Assembly (NCBI GenBank): GCA_002269645.1
Contig: NIVC01000709.1
Coordinates: 1-64,000 of the forward strand
From: Macrostomum lignano
Taxonomy: Eukaryota
DNA length: 64,000 nt
Direction: 5' to 3'
A program made the translations under genes and the position numbers. The notes under the pieces are model-generated. The model did no database searches. It was not told the origin of the DNA and saw nothing but the letters and a program-made list of their open reading frames with translations. Positions within the stretch are counted from its first letter, which is position 1. Every line of letters starts with the position of its first letter. Positions 14,502 to 27,265 of the stretch are shown here, piece after piece.

Positions 14502-15032
14502 ACAAGATTAAACAAGATTGAACAAGATTAAACAAGATAAAACAAGAATAAACAAGAATAAACAAGATTAAACAAGATTAAACAAGATTAAACAAGATTA
14601 AACAATATTAAACAATATTAAACAAGATAAAACAAGATTAAACAAGATTAAACAAGAATAAACAAGATTAAACAAGATTAAACAAGATTAAACAAGATTA
14701 AACAAGATTGAACAAGATTAAACAAGATAAAACAAGACTGAACAAGATTAAACAAGATTAAACAAGATTAAACAAGATTGAACAAGATAAAACAAGATAA
14801 AACAAGACTGAACAAGAATAAACAAGATTGAACAAGATTGAACAAGATTAAACAAGAATAAACAAGATTAAACAAGATTAAACAAGAATAAACAAGATTA
14901 AACAAGATTAAACAAGATTAAACAAGATTGAACAAGATTAAACAAGATAAAACAAGACTGAACAAGAATAAACAAGATTGAACAAGACTGAACAAGACTA
15001 AACAAGAATATACAAGATTAAACAAGATAAAC
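14502..15032. repeat. 10-bp minisatellite (AACAAGATTA)
   Basis: About 50 tandem copies with minor variants. Confidence 0.96.
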
Positions 15033-15206
15033 AAAAAAGACTCATTCGGAATGGTAATGTGGATAATTGGTAGCGATATGATTATAACTCATATATTAGA
15101 ATAGTTTTTCCACTCTCTCAACAGATGACAATCAGGAGAGTCCATGCATACCGTCAGTGTCATAGAGTCTATATAGAGTCAGTCAGTGTCAGCTTCAGTG
15201 TCAGTG

Positions 15207-15447
15207 AGCCTCTTCATGGCAATCGGTTCTAGAACCAGAATAAATTCGAGTTCTAGAACCAGAACCGGTGTGAAATGAGGAGCTTCGAACGCATAACGCA
15301 TAAACGGTTCGATAAAATTTCTCGAACCATATTCTAGAACCAGAACCATGTTCCGGAACTGATTCTGTTTTTCGAACCATCGATATGAAGAACGTCGAAC
15401 CGGTTCAAAACCGGTTCCGTTTTTCGAACCGGCGATATGAAGAGGCT
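15207..15447. mobile_element. Small MITE-like element with 11-bp TIRs and GAACCG/CGGTTC subterminal motifs
   Basis: AGCCTCTTCAT at 15207 and ATGAAGAGGCT ending at 15447; interior full of (TC)GAACC(G/A) and GGTTC motifs; target duplication only imperfect (tcagtga/ttagtga). Confidence 0.55.
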
Positions 15448-15827
15448 TAGTGAGGTTTTCTAGAAGAAATTTTGCTGGCTAGAATTTTTCATGCTAAAAT
15501 TAGGCATATTTCCTTAGCAATTATTAATCACATAAAGCTTTTAGTTATGATATGATTGTTAGCACTGCCAGTAACACTGGGACTTAAATTTGTTGTTTAA
15601 TTGCTAAATAATGCATTTTTAACTTAGGCACACTACTTTTGTGAAGTTGTAAAAGCCCATATGCTAAAATTGTTATATTTCGAAGAAAAATAGACTGCTA
15701 AGAAGGCTAATAAGCTTGTATTGTAAAACAGAATTTTTTGTGCTTCAAATAATTGGAAAAGAATTACTCGGTAAAGAATACAACGAAGTTCGCAAAATCC
15801 CAGCTATCAAATTGCAGATAACAAACT

Positions 15828-16488
15828 TCAGCCGGCAGATTTCCTGCTAGCAGCTTTATAGTGCTTATAAGAGAGAAACTCCAAGCAAAAACATAGGTAA
15901 TATCCAAATAAGTCACGGATCCGGATCACCCGAAGGGCTTTCTCACACTGTTTTAAAATTCTTTCCTTGTTGCTCTCGAACGGGTCTTGTCCATCGCGAG
16001 CTGCAGCGATGATCTCTGCAGACTTTTTGGCCTCCTGCAGTAGCTTCGTCCGATTTTCCCAGCCAGGACGTTTCTGGGTGTCTTCCATCTCAATAAGATG
16101 GTCCACGTACTCCCTCACGCTTAACGGGTACTGGCGCAGAGCCATCTGCTCAAGTGACTGCAGGCATTTGTGAATTGTCACAATGTTGTAGGACAGCTCA
16201 TCGAAAGTTGCGTCTATGTCTGCTTTGATTTTTAATAGAAGACCTTCAGTTTTGCAAAATCGTTTTGCAAAATGTTTTGCAATTTTTATTTCATGCATTT
16301 TTACGATTGGTACTACATGCATTACTACTCCATACTCTTTAGCAATTTCCTCCACAGTCACGGTTTTCGCGACTTCGTATTCTTCAAAGCGATATTCGCT
16401 GTTGCGGTGCTCAGACAAAACACAATTTTTCGGACAAACAATGCAGCAGCCGCTAGAGTCCATAACAGAGCACAAGGCGCTGTCCTTC
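15828..16488 (-). CDS. C-terminal part (Cys-rich + coiled-coil) of the stonustoxin-like MACPF-FN3-GTPase gene, separated from the rest by a transposon
   Basis: QKDSALCSVMDSSGCCIVCPKNC...H...LEQMALRQYPLSVREYVDHLIEME...RPGWENR continues the CMTCRRTCHDKCS Cys-rich segment at ~20720 in frame once 16491-20715 and one TG are removed. Confidence 0.85.
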
Positions 16489-16564
16489 TGCCCGAGAAAA
16501 AAAAACAAACCAAACTTGCTAAGTACTTGGTAAGTCAACAATGCAACCTCGTGGCAAGTACCGC

Positions 16565-17262
16565 CTAAGTACTTTCTAAGTTTTCCAAGTACACTCAATA
16601 AGTACTTTCCAAGTATCAAGTATGCAATGTTTTCTCCAGTCACTTCTCAAGTACTTTCCAAGTATGCAATGTTTTCTCTAGTCACTTCTCAAGTACTTTC
16701 CAAGTTTGCAATGTTTTCTCCAGTCACTTCTTAAGTACTTTCCAAGTATGCAATGTTTTCTCCAGTCACTTCTCAAGTACTTTCCAAGTATGTAATGTTT
16801 TCTCTAGTCACTTCTCAAGTACTTTCCAAGTATGCAATGTTTTCTCTAGTCACTTCTCAAGTACTTTCCAAGTTTGCAATGTTTTCTCCAGTCACTTCTT
16901 AAGTACTTTCCAAGTATGCAATGTTTTCTCCAGTCACTTCTCAAGTACTTTCCAAGTATGTAATGTTTTCTCCAGTCACTTCTCAAGTACTTTCCAAGTA
17001 TGCAATGTTTTCTCCAGTCACTTCTCAAGTACTTTCCAAGTATGCAATGTTTTCTCCAATCACTTCTCAAGTACTTTCCAAGTATGCAATGTTTTCTCCA
17101 GTCACTTCTCAAGTACTTTCCAAGTATGCAATGTTTTCTCCAGTCACTTCTCTAGTACTTTCCAAGTATGCAATGTTTTCTCAAGTCACTTCTCAAGTAC
17201 TTTCCAAGTATGCAATGTTTTCTTAAATCACTTTTCAAGTACCTTCCAGGTATGCAATGTTC
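16565..17262. repeat. 42-bp left subterminal tandem array of the transposon
   Basis: AAGTACTTTCCAAGTATGCAATGTTTTCTCCAGTCACTTCTC, ~16 copies. Confidence 0.95.
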
Positions 17263-19414
17263 ACAAGAGCTATAAATACTTATCACATTTCAAAGTGATT
17301 TAGGTGACTTATTTACGAGAAAGTATATGGTTCCAAGTGTGAACCTATTAAATATATAATTTATCTATAGAGCACTTGGCAAAATGTTGATACTCATACT
17401 ATGGACTTGCAAAAGTTACAAAGAACAAAAAATAATTCCATCATACAGAATTTCACTTGTTAAAGAAAAAATTCAACAAGCAATAGGGAGCTTCAAAATA
17501 ATTGTAAAGTGTACTGTTATATTGTATTCAAAGTATTGATACACATAAAAGTTGCAACTTAACAAATTATTCAAATGATCACAGGCAGAAAAAATGCAAG
17601 ACAAAGAAAAAGCAGCATAAAAAATGGACAATTATATAGCTAACAAATCTTCATTGTTTTCAGCAGGTTTTTTAAATATAGATGATGACATTTGTAGATG
17701 GTAGCTAAAATGGAAATTTAAGTGAATATGAATAATTATATTTCACAAAAAATTAAACCATGTAAATTTTACCCAGGTAATAGTTCTTAATCTAAAGAAA
17801 TGCTAAGTAAATGCACTTTATAATATAATTACTATTTTGAGACTAATAGCAGTCTTTTTTTGAATGTAATAAATAAGTCTTTAAATATTTTTATAGAGAT
17901 ATTATAAAATATAGAAAGTATTGAAATCTAAATATATTCCAAACAAAAATATTACTTTGCTTTTGAATAAAAATTTAATTTAGGCCTTGTCCTTAATAGA
18001 CCAATAATATAACATAGTTTATAAATATACTTAAATATTTTTTTATTATAAATTGCTTAATTTTCTGATCTTAAAATCTAAATCATCAAATATACTAAAA
18101 ATAAAAATATTCTATAAACTAAAAATAAAATTTTAAGTCTAAATACTTCTAGGCTTATAATTAAAAACTAACTAGGCTTATATTATATTTCTAATAAGCT
18201 AAAGACAATTTATTAGAATGATTATAATTATAATTGGGCCTAATCAACAAATATCCTAAGACTTAATAAAACAATATTATTACTACCAATCTATTATCAA
18301 TAATAAAAGTAAAAAATTTGCAATCAAAATTATTAACATAGCCTGGATAATTCTAGTCCAGCTATCTAAAAGTAAAAAAACAAAGTATTTTTACTCTGAA
18401 GCATTTCTTGCACTTTTTACAATGACATTAAATCTGAAACTGAAGATTAAAAACAGAAGCTATAAGGCAAAACTATAAACAAGGTCAAGGTTAGATAAGG
18501 AAGGCCAGATGATTTTTCCTATATATATACTAACCATTATGCAGATCAAGACAATAATTCAGATTAAGTCACAACTCACAAAAGTCAGTTTTAAAATTTT
18601 ATCTATATTTATATTCTGAGTCAGTATAAGTAATATACTAAGCCCATATGACTATAATATTAGCCTTCTAAAAAACTTCTAGATCTAGTTAAAGAAGCCA
18701 AGAAGGCAGGCCTATGCCTATAGGGCATAGTGGGTAGGCTGGCCTACTGGGCCATATAAAATGTCAATTACAATAACTATAGTCAGCCAATTGTTGAGCG
18801 ACAAGGTATATCAACTACTATATGAAATAAAATCGGCAACAAATAATTGCTAAAAGGCCTATCTAACTAAAGCCTAAGTTTGAAAAGAAAGATAAAAGGA
18901 CAATTTTACACAAACCTATGCGAAAGCGAAAATTAGAATTTTCGTTTCAAATTTTGACAGTTTAAACAAATTAGATAATAATCATTTGCCCCAAACAATA
19001 TAAGATGTAATATATATTTCATTTGTTAATGAAACAAACACTCAAGAATCAGTAAATACTGATATTTTAGCAAAACTTCCTAAAATTTTTGTCATAATAG
19101 ATTAGTAAAAGAATTAAAGTCTTGCAATGTGCAATTGTGTAAATGTATTTATAGAGTCTTTTCATGTAAATTATGCAATCCAAAAGAATGTTTGCCTTTT
19201 ACGGAACACTAGCTTTGATGATGCAGCTAGCCAAGCTCTTCCCAAAGAAAAATACAGACACCTATAGCTTCGGGATGTATTGCTGTAGCTGTATTCAGCT
19301 GTATTCAGGAATATAAAAATTCCGAGGAATAGCCAAATAATCATTTTTTGTGAGCGGGAGCGATGTCAGCTAAATAAAAGCTGTTATCCTGCTGGTAAAA
19401 AATGTGTATGTACG

Positions 19415-20585
19415 GATTTTGCAAACTTGGAAAGTCAACCAAGTAGGCTCTACTTTGGATACTTTCCAAGTACTTGGATGTAGACATCGGAAGTGTACTT
19501 TGCAAACTTGGAAAGTCGAACCAAGTAGGCTCTACTTTGGATACTTTCTAAGTATTTGGATGTAGACATCGGAAGTGTACTTTGCAAACTTGGAAAGTCG
19601 AACCAAGTAGGCTCTACTTTGGATACTTTCCAAGTACTTGGATGTAGACATCGGAAGTGTACTTTGCAAACTTGGAAAGTCGAACCAAGTAGGCTCTACT
19701 TTGGATACTTTCTAAGTACTTGGATGTAGACATCGGAAGTGTACTTTGCAAACTTGGAAAGTCGAACCAAGTAGGCTCTACTTTGGATACTTTCTAAGTA
19801 CTTGGATGTAGACATCGGAAGTGTACTTTGCAAACTTGGAAAGTCGAACCAAGTAGGCTCTACTTTGGATACTTTCTAAGTACTTGGATGTAGACATCGG
19901 AAGTGTACTTTGCAAACTTGGAAAGTCGAACCAAGTAGGCTCTACTTTGGATACTTTCTAAGTACTTGGATGTAGACATCGGAAGTGTACTTTGCAAACT
20001 TGGAAAGTCGAACCAAGTAGGCTCTACTTTGGATACTTTCTAAGTACTTGGATGTAGACATCGGAAGTGTACTTTGCAAACTTGGAAAGTCGAACCAAGT
20101 AGGCTCTACTTTGGATACTTTCTAAGTACTTGGATGTAGACATCGGAAGTGTACTTTGCAAACTTGGAAAGTCGAACCAAGTAGGCTCTACTTTGGATAC
20201 TTTCTAAGTACTTGGATGTAGACATCGGAAGTGTACTTTGCAAACTTGGAAAGTCGAACCAAGTAGGCTCTACTTTGAATACTTTCTAAGTACTTGGATG
20301 TAGACATCGGAAGTGTACTTTGCAAACTTGTAAAGTCGAACCAAGTAGGCTCTACTTTGGATACTTTCTAAGTACTTAGATATAGACATCGGAAGTGTAC
20401 TTTGCAAACTTGTAAAGTCGAACCAAGTAGGCTCTACTTTGGATACTTTCTAAGTACTTGGATGTAGACATCGGAAGTGTACTTTGCAAACTTGGAAAGT
20501 CGAACCAAGTAGGCTCTACTTTGGATACTTTCTAAGTACTTGGATGTAGACATCGGAAGTGTACTTTGCAAACTTGGAAAGTCGA
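19415..20585. repeat. 82-bp right subterminal tandem array of the transposon
   Basis: TGCAAAC recurs at 19501, 19583, 19665...; ~14 copies; shares AAGTACTT and CCAAGT motifs with the left array. Confidence 0.95.
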
Positions 20586-20715
20586 TTGAAGTTGGGTAAA
20601 AACATTGCATACTTTTTAAGTACATGACAATGATACTTTGCAAACTTGGTAAGTCAACAATGTCATCCAAGTACATGGTTGACTTGGAAAGTTTAGCATG
20701 TTTTTTTTTCCCGGG

Positions 20716-23690
20716 TGACTGCATTTGTCATGACAAGTTCTTCGACATGTCATGCAGTTCGTGGCAAACTGATCATGGGGCAGCTTAACCTCTCGAACTT
20801 CCAAGGACCTAACTTCGCATTTCCTACTAAAATCCGAGCTAAAAAAGAACTTGCCACAAGAGCCAACTAGTTTAACATACTCCGCTAGATTGGTCAGCTT
20901 TTGTAGGTCTGACTGGACACTTAACTTCAGTTTCTCCGCGCAGACTTCCATCGATCTGCGACTTTTCAGAGTCTCTCGGGTGCTGAGCAATGAGACCCCA
21001 TCGTGGCTGCTTTCGAGCTTCTCAAAGAGTTGTTGATAATTGTAATTACATTTTTTCCATTGTGGGGCTTTCAAGTGAAACTGCGAGCTCTTAGACTCTC
21101 CACGGCTCGCTTCGGGGCCCTCAGACTCTGTGTTGTTGGCGTACAACGCAGCATTGTTGAAGCTTAGATACGTTTTGTAAGGCACTTTGTCTTCATCCAA
21201 GGCATCCAGAGCCTCCGGTTCTTCGCTATCGGCGAATGTAAAAAGAGGATAAATGATGGGCTCCACGTCCTTTCCAAAAAGAGATAGTACTTGGTCAAAG
21301 ATGTACCTCTGCGTTGCGTTCAGTCGGTTTTCGGAAGCTCTCACAACGAAACCGATTCCATGCAAAACCCCCGTCACTCCAGGAATATATTGCCCGTCTT
21401 CTCCAAGCACTTTCGCTATTTTCATAATATTAATTTTATCCTGAGCCGGACCCCGAGTGTCCCCGAATCCCGGCGTGTCAATGATGGTGAGAGGACAGTC
21501 CATTGCACTTCTGTGACTGTCCTCCTTGCCTCCTGTGTGCACAGGAAACAGTGTGTACACGGACACGCCAGCGGTCTGCGAATGAGCCTGGCTAGCAGCT
21601 GCACTTTTGTGGCGACTTTCGAGCTGTCGAACTAGTTTCAGTCTAAAATTGTCATCGAACTGTACCCTGTAAAAGGCATTTGCAATGCCATTGATTAGGG
21701 TGCTCTTGCCTGCTCCTGTCTCTCCAATTAGAAGCAGGAACTTCGGTGGCCCTCCGCCTGCATTCCGGTTGCCGACTTCGAAAGAGTTGGGACAGATGCA
21801 ACTCTGAGAGCACTTGCATTCTGGTGATGGAATCTGCCGAACCCTTAACTGAAAAATATTCCCAGCAAAGGTTTCTCTTTTCTGAGCTGGAGTCGGATTG
21901 TCTTCGCAAAAGTTCTGCAGAACAAATTCTGAGCAGTTCAACGCAGGCTCAGTGGTAAAACTGATCTGCTCGCTGGGCTCAGATTCTCCGAGTTCTGTCA
22001 CGGCAGTGACATACGCTTTGTGAGGAGTTCCCGCATACAGAGAGCTTACAGTAATGCTGTTGGTCTCAGTTGATTCTCTGTGATATGGTAGTAAGTCAGC
22101 CTCCCGTTGTCTAAGAACATAGACTACATATCCGTTCGATGCATTTGGTTCGGCTTTCCAAGAAAACTTGGCTGTGTTTTCATCCACTTCTGAGCACTGC
22201 AGCTCAGTTGGTGGTTTTGGCAGTTCCGTTTCAGTCCATGCAAAGTCTTTGTAACACTTTATTTGCAACTTGACAGTTTGTTGGTCATGTGGAGAGCCTT
22301 CAATAACTGCTACCGCAGCCGATCCACGATTTTGTTGAAGAAATCTCACTGCCCTGTCCAAATCTCTCCGGTAGCTGCGGTAATCTTCCGATTCGATCCA
22401 AGTTTTTCCTACTTCCTCCGCACACGTTGGCTGCGGCAAGTACTGTGGAAAATGTGATCTTGGTGCCTGGACCTCAAACAAAAGTTTGTAATCGGATCTG
22501 TTTGCGACGAATAACTCATCCTTTTCTCTTTCATTCAGAACGCGAGCACCGTTGTCTGAGAGAACACGGGCGGAATGCTGCAGCGCCATGCACTCTCTTT
22601 CTCTGTTTCTCAACCACATCAATAGCTGTTGAGGTGAGGCTCCGCATTCGTCTTTCTGACGCGAAATGAGCTCGGAAATCTCTCTACTTACATCTCCTGT
22701 TTGACGCGCCCTGGGCAAAATTGACATCAGCTGGTCTCTAAAGCGGGTCCGGTATGCCTGCACCCGATCTCTAAACGTGGCCAACACTTCGCACTGCATT
22801 CGCCACGGCGTGTCTTCAAGCTCCTTAATCTTGTCATCGGCAGCGTTTATTATGTCGTCTAGCAGCTGGCAGTAATTTCCGGCTTCGTTCAAGCATTCTT
22901 CACTGATGCCTCTCATCAGTTTCTGATCTTTTCCTCCGATTTTGCTGAGAGGCGTGAGATACACCTGGACCGGAGAGCCGGCGTTTTCGCTCTTGAAGCT
23001 CTGCACACAACCGAAGGCCTCCCTGAGTGTGAGCGGAGGCGGTTCCAGCTTGAAGTCGCCATAGTAACGGCATCGAATACTCTCTGTCTCCGTGGCGTCA
23101 TTCTTTGAGTGCTCTGCCTGCAGTTGACCAGAAACTTCGAAAAGGCTCTTCAGTTTAGACACCTGGCCTCTGAATGAGCCTGAAATCCCAGTCTTGCTTT
23201 CACTTTCTTGCTTCTCTCGCTCAAACACAAGAAACGCCCTGCCGCCGTACTGGATCCCGGTCACAACGTGCGTGGCTGATTCGTCATCGAGAAATTGCGG
23301 GTATTCAACTTCAGGACCCAGGTGCAGCTCCTTGAACTCAGTCAAGGTTTTGTATGCAAATACGAGACTCTCTGAGTTGACTCGAGTCAGTTTCTCAGTG
23401 AGGTACTTTCCTGAGCCTTCCACTTCGGCGGAACCGCACAGAAAGCTGAGTTTTAAATCGGCGCTCATCTCTAGCTTTTTTGCTCTGTCGGAAAAGCTGG
23501 ACTGTGATTCAATGCTGATTGCCTGACTCACATTGGGCCTGGTGACGGTCATTTCGTCGGTTGTCTTCCGAGACCAGAGCTTGGGACCCGTCAGGTATTT
23601 GCCTGTTTGAGCATCGTACAGGGTTCCGAGCGATGCAGGTCCTCCTATGTACGGGATTGACAGACTTTGATTCGCAACGTCTGTCGTCAT
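20716..23690 (-). CDS. Stonustoxin/neoverrucotoxin-like MACPF/CDC protein fused to FN3 and a septin/AIG1-type P-loop GTPase (N-terminal ~990 aa; ~1211 aa when rejoined); transposon-interrupted, possibly a null allele
   Basis: ATG at 23690: MTTDVANQSLSIPYIGGPASLGTLYDAQTGKYLTGPKLW resembles the stonustoxin N-terminus (LGxLYDA...LW); ATHVVTGIQYGGRAFLVFE core; FN3 (PPTELQCSEV...FSW...GYVV...VSSLYAGTPHKAYVTAV...GESEPS); G1 GETGAGKS, G3 DTPGFG, G4-like TFAD. No intron in the coding region; a 5' UTR acceptor (ttattgcag) lies at ~23718. Confidence 0.9.
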
Positions 23691-24664
23691 TTCTCGTGAT
23701 GCGAGCGCCGCTCTCTGCAATAATAATATTATGACGAGTTTTTGCTCCAAAGTACCATGCAATCTTATATCAAGGAGCACTAAAAGTTACCGTTGAATCA
23801 GGACGCAACACTTGCAAATATCATTCAAACAATTTCGCAATATGTTGTTTGATCTGTGGCGAGCAGTCCAGGTCCTATAGCTAAGAGAGGGACAGCGAGA
23901 GACGAGAAGGGAGCATTTTGAAGGTAGAGATCAGCTAATCCGCAGATTAACTAACCCGCTGCCACCAGCCCGTGCGTCCTGGCTCACCAAACCGGGACTT
24001 TCGAAATCGGGCTTCCGACTAGAGGGGGCTTTGCACTTACTAGTGTCTTTTTGCTGTCAATCTCGACGTCATAGCCGATGATAAGGGAGGGGACTCTGCT
24101 GGGACTTGATCGCATTGGCCATGCAGGTACAGAGGGGACTTGTGCAGGGGATTCTTGCGGTGGCGAGTCCATTGCAGGGGTGGCTACATGTACTAATACA
24201 TTGCTAAATACGAGGGATTGTACTTTTGACCCTCAACGCGCCAACCAGCCTCTCGTAGCGCTGATGATAGGCTAACTCGAACTTCAGAGAACGCATGATT
24301 CATTAACCCGAGCCGCTTGGCGAATCTAGAGTGCACAGAGTACATGTACATCTCTAGCGTATGATTCTGCACTATTGGCAATATTGCTAACTGATTTGAT
24401 AGACTGATCGACTGAGAACTACAGTTAGTTATTCCAAGGCTACTTCAAGTCCTTATAATAAAAAAATTCGACTTTTCATTGCCTACTTTGGGACAAGACT
24501 GAATATTGCTTAATTGCGCCTTAATTTCATCCTGGCTTAGTCACCCTCCAGAGACCAGCTTCGCCCTTCCAGGCAAGCGGCTATTTTATTGCCTTTACTG
24601 TGTACTTTATGAATTTTATCCAGCACAATGGCACGCATCTACATTGGCTGATGTGTAGCCCCTA

Positions 24665-25228
24665 AATGAGTTGACGAGGTCTCTAGATGAGCTGAGGAGG
24701 TTTCTAGATGAGTTGACGAGGTCTCTAGATGAGCTGACGAGGTTTCTAAATGAGTTTACGAGGTCTCAAGATGAGTTGACGGGGTCTCTAGATGATTTGA
24801 CGGGTCTCTAGATGAGTTGACGAGGTCTCTAGATGAGTTGACGGGGTCTCAAGATGAGTTGACGGGGTCTCTAGATGATTTGACGGGTCTCTAGATGAGT
24901 TGACGAGGTCTCTAGATGAGTTGACAGGTCTCTAGATGAGTTGACGAGGTCTCTAGATGAGTTGGAGTCTCTAGATGAGTTGACGGGGTCTCTAGATGAG
25001 TTGACGGGTCTCTAGATGAGTTGACGGGGTCTCTAGATGACTTGACGAGGTCTCTAGATGAGTTGGCGGTTCTCTAGATGAGTTGACGGGGTCTCTAGAT
25101 GAGTTGACGAGGTCTCTAGATGAGTTGATGGGGTTTCTAGATGAGTTGACGGGGTGTCTAGATGAGCTGACGGGTCTCTAGATGAGTTGACGAGGTCTCT
25201 AGATGAGTTGACGAGGTCTCTAGATGAG
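24665..25228. repeat. 21-bp minisatellite (GACGAGGTCTCTAGATGAGTT), related to the array at 12915-13772
   Basis: About 27 copies sharing TGAC and GGTCTCTAGATG with the 12.9-kb array, same orientation. Confidence 0.93.
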
Positions 25229-27265
25229 ATTAGTTCCATTAGCAGATAGGATTTGGATATTACATTAAATAGGTAAATTAAAGATGTACTTTGCAGAAAT
25301 GTTAACTTACAGAGCAGCTGACTTTTTACTGACGACACGTGCCTGTATGACTGACTTCTTTGACGGCAAAAAATAGCCAAATTTTCCAAATATCAGAACT
25401 TAGTGCTTAGTGCCACGTCCTTCCTATTCTAGCTACGCCCTGCCTTATACAAAGCCTTTAAATAAAACAGTGCATTGTCTCTGGGGGTGGTTGAGGTTCC
25501 TGGTTCTATTATTAGAATTGACGTATGTAGTTCCTAGTTTCCATGACTCATTACTCACTCATAAGGAACAAACGGCCGGGTCTGTAAACTTTAGTTCCCT
25601 GTTTTTGTTTTCAATTCATTTAAGCAGCCTTATAATTTCAGTAACCTTATACTCGTAGTAGCTGTCTGATTGAAAACAAAATGCGAAATCAGTGCCTGAT
25701 TAACATTCGGTACTTTAAAATTTCTACTTGATATGCAAGAACTTTTTGCATGTACTGGGTGTGTTTCTTCACGCACTGGTTTGAATTTATGATCAGGCCC
25801 ACGTCGCGTACAATAGGAGCCTGCTGAGACAATTGGAGGAAGATTTCTGTTGTAAATTTGTCATAGAAGTTGATTTATTAGTAGGTTTAAGTAAGCGGCA
25901 AGTTCGACGTATGATTTCGGAAGATGGCGAACCAAGTAGACCGCAATTTTTACAGATTTCTTTGGAATTTTTACAGATAAATATTTAAATAATGAGATTA
26001 TGGATGAAGTGCATTTTTCCCAAAAGCTCCGTCATGAAAACTGCCCTGAGCGAAATTTGAGGGCTGTGTGAGCTTTCTGTGTGAACTTGTGTGTTACTCA
26101 CGCGATATGATTCATGCCATAAATTTCTGATATGTGCGCTTAAAGGCTCACACAAGGCTCACATTGAGATTTTTTGTACAATAATTATGGACAAAATTAC
26201 TTTGTCCATAATTATTGTGGTCAAATTTTCTTACGAATCAATCATTATATCAATCATTAGAACTTGTAAGGCACACTCGTATAAAATTGGTGACACAATA
26301 AGACTAACAAAGTTGACAATTTTGCTCCATTCTTGGGGTTAGCCGTTATACACGAATTAGATAAGTATTTTATGAATTTATTTTGTGAACCACGACACAT
26401 AAATGTAACATCCTGGTACATTGAATATTAATTTAATACATCAGATACACTCTTGAACTCTGTGTGCAAATTTATACTTATTAGTTAATTGGGCGGTGAA
26501 TTAAGGTGCAAGAGTACAAAACTTCCAACATCGGACAACTCCTAAACCAATTTATAGCTAAGCTTTACATACTACTTATTAATACCAGTAGTGTGAGTTA
26601 GGATCAACAAAAGATGATGAAAAACCTGTGTGACACGGGCTTGACAAAACAGGTGCAGTAGGAAAGTTAACACCTCAGTTGCTAAAGAAACAGCCAACAA
26701 CAAAGTGCATCTGTACCATACTTCTGCAACATCAAAATACAACTAATTAAAAATTTGGGACTACCTGGTTGCCTTAGCAACGATGATTCACCTTGGATAC
26801 AGCATACTGTGCTGGCACATCCACAGCAATCACACAGCAATCCCATGCCTGATGCCAGAGACCGGCCTCACTTTATAGGACAATAATATAATTAATACAC
26901 AATAATACAGCATAATAGATAGAAGCAGAGATGCGACACAAGCGCAGGAAAGAAGCAACCGACATAGTAAAAAAGCAAATTGCACAACAACGATACAGAA
27001 GGGGATGGAGGGTTCGAGATCTTGATGGAAACAGTGATTCACTGATAAAATCTCTTAGCCGAGCGTGTGGAACAGACAAAACGTTTGAAAATGGAAAGCC
27101 AGAGAAAGGATTGCTTTGTAAGCAAAGTCCGCAGCTCTGCGAATATTTAATAAGATCAGTTCATTATAAGTTTTTTGCGTAGCCATGATTTATTTAGAAA
27201 TTCCTGTAGCCATGCCAAGCTGAAATCACAGGGCGGGTCGAAGATTCGAGTGAGTTCAAGGGCGA

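Larger units (their letters stand above)
16491..20715. mobile_element. Non-autonomous CMC/EnSpm(CACTA)-like DNA transposon, 4225 bp, inserted in the toxin-GTPase coding sequence
   Basis: Left end CCCGAG-A9-CAAACCAAACTTGCTAAGT; reverse complement of right end CCCGGG-A9-CATGCTAAACTTTCCAAGT; TG duplicated at 16489-16490 and 20716-20717; subterminal tandem arrays at both ends; AT-rich interior with no long ORF. Superfamily inferred from CCC termini, 2-bp TSD and subterminal repeats. Confidence 0.88.

Noticed and set aside
19415-20585. Regular repeat arrays as possible CRISPR
   Set aside because: Eukaryotic context, head-to-tail units without unique spacers, no cas genes; the same holds for all arrays here.
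23994-24003. kappaB-like GGGACTTTCG upstream of the toxin gene, and GGGGCCTCCC at 56135 upstream of the peptide gene
   Set aside because: Single degenerate 10-mers are expected by chance, and an NF-kB pathway in this organism is not established.
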